Source: Chiloscyllium plagiosum
Taxonomy: Eukaryota
Direction of reading: 5' to 3'
Assembly (NCBI RefSeq): GCF_004010195.1
Contig: NC_057720.1
Location: 33,771,304 to 33,835,303 of the forward strand
Length of the DNA: 64,000 nt
Both the position numbers and the translations under genes were made by a program. Positions within the stretch are counted from its first letter, which is position 1; each line of letters opens with the position of its first letter. Positions 62,203-64,000 of this stretch are shown here, piece after piece. Under the pieces are notes generated by a model. That model ran no database searches. It was not told where the DNA came from and saw only the letters and a list, made by a program, of their open reading frames with translations.

Positions 62203-63999
62203 CTATACATCACATTCGCTCTCCGATGCATAGTCTTCCCTTCTTGCCAGAGCCATGGTTTCCGTCTCCATCTGTGACATCTGGTAGGACGGGGGAGCCT
62301 TCCCTTCAATTGCTATAATAATTACCCTGTTTAACAAAGATCTAATACAGGGAATACAACAACATCCGCACAACACTAACACAATAATCATACCACCGAG
62401 GGACATAAACACAGAGGCAATTAATCCTTTCCATTTCCCAAACCATGAATCAAAAATGCCTCCTAGAGGGTTGTCAATACTGGACTGTTCATGCATTTCT
62501 TCAGACAAGGTTCTTAATCCTTCCAGGGCTCTGGTTACCGAGCCATCAGGTGCTGTATTGTTGGGGATGACGTACAACATTGGTCTCTGAACATAGAGCA
62601 CACTCCCCCCTTTTCTGCTAGCAACATATCTAAAGCCATTCTATTTTGCACTGTCATCAATGAAGTCGCTGCCAATTGTTCAGAGAGTCCCACCACCGCA
62701 TCTCTAGTTCTATTGGCTAGCCTGAGAACATTGTAAAATACATAATTAATTTGGTCAACGTTTTTATTCTGCGTAACTGGAAATAAAACACCGATAATTG
62801 GGAGATTCTCAAATCCTGCTGCTTATCTGGTCTGCCAATTTATACTCATCAGGTACATCGCGGGGAACACCTATTGCATCTATGTAAGTGGTCGAGCCAG
62901 ATGTGACATCAAACAAATCTCTGCGAATTCGTGTGTACGGATTTATTCCCTGTTGTCGTTCTCCTAAGAGGAATAAGGGTACCCCTAACCTAACCATTGC
63001 ACAGGTTCCAGACCAATCTGGAGGTAGGCTAATATGCAGTGTTCTATCTCCACAGTACCAAAAAAGATCAGCTCTGGCCCAAACCATTGTGCTAGCGTTC
63101 TGCCAGCGGGTTACATTAATTGTATCCTGACACCAGTCAGCGGGCATGTCTCCCAAGACAATATTTGACTTTCAAGCAAAACACGTATAATTGTTGGCCC
63201 TTGGTGTAAACACTGGAGGCAGCGTGGAATTCTTTACAGGTGGGAAAATAGCACTTAATGTAGTACAATTTGGAGGGTCCGCCTGCATAGTCAGGGCCAA
63301 CATGCAGTGAAATCCTATTGGGTCTATATTAGGGAACAATGGGGCCGGGGTAGTAAATAGGATTGGCTTTGCCAAGGAACATGCGACGCAATTACTCATA
63401 TTCATTGAGGTTGCGGTCGCTGTCATCCAGTCTAGCCATAAGTTCTTGTCCCCATACCCGGTAGCTAATTTAATAATCTCCCTTCTCGTAAGGCTGTTGT
63501 GGTCTATCACCACAACTCCTGAACTTGGTTCTACCTCCATACTTGTATTTTCAGTTTGTGGCTGGCTCATAGGAGGGTCCACTAAGGTTACCTTCAATAA
63601 TCCCATGTTATCCACTCCAGACTGATCTACACCTATGACAAGATAAAAGCTTCTGTCATCACTCTCACAGTAAATCTGTACCTCTTTTGGACTAGGATTA
63701 ATATCAAATTTTGTCAGGGTTAACAAAAGTGGATTTTTTAGTTCTGAAGAATGATCGAGTTGCCCCTTTGTCAGGCTCACATGATCTGGGATGTTCCATC
63801 TATTATCCGAAGGTGACGACCTCTTGGGGGTCCATCGTACCCCAGTCCATGTTAATACATTATCCCACGACGGGCATGGGTCATAGTAAATGGCATAGAA
63901 ACAGAGGTATACATCATACTCCCTCCAGCTCCCTATATCTTTGCCACAATCAATTACTTCGCATAAATCAAACTGATATGTTGTACCATGATTTCTATC
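62203..63999 (-). pseudogene. env: Endogenous retrovirus envelope (gamma-type SU/TM), three frameshifts, 5' part outside the window
   Basis: SU frame open from the window edge (TYQFDLCEVIDCG...) to 63172 with CVAC; furin-like RIRR; TM ISD VQNRMALDMLLAEKGGVC plus CX6CC (CSMFRDQCC) at ~62570-62650; membrane anchor and CGCCCIPC; frameshifts near 63175, 62822 and 62570. Confidence 0.92.
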
Positions 64000-64000
64000 G

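Overview
AT-rich, repeat-dominated vertebrate DNA (intron or intergenic) with three assembly N-gaps. The repeat set (HE1-type V-SINEs with a HER1/CR1-type tail, abundant CR1 LINEs, Penelope-like elements) points to an elasmobranch (shark/ray) genome. I could not support any host protein-coding exon. Contents: many CR1 fragments, often nested; a deleted Gmr1-type Gypsy LTR retrotransposon (INT-RT-RH order) at 6102-9933; a complete but decayed hAT (Buster/Charlie-type) transposon with TIRs and 8-bp TSD at 30669-32805; a pogo/Tigger-like MITE; a Rex1/Babar fragment; several Penelope-like elements and short palindromic derivatives carrying minimal hammerhead-ribozyme motifs; and the 3' end (frameshifted env, PPT, 3' LTR) of an endogenous retrovirus at 61544-64000. 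Most striking observations: (1) a 39-nt cDNA copy of the tRNA-Pro primer fused to the Gypsy 3' LTR, with a mismatch exactly opposite tRNA position 58 (m1A) and an end exactly before position 37 (m1G); (2) hammerhead-bearing palindromes of at least two Penelope families; (3) a CpG-intact 42-bp enhancer array (E-box/E2F/ETS/CRE-like) in the ERV LTR; (4) an apparently ORF1-less CR1-like LINE whose 5' end is a tRNA-derived SINE head. Family names come from recalled motifs, not database searches, and boundaries of old repeats are approximate.
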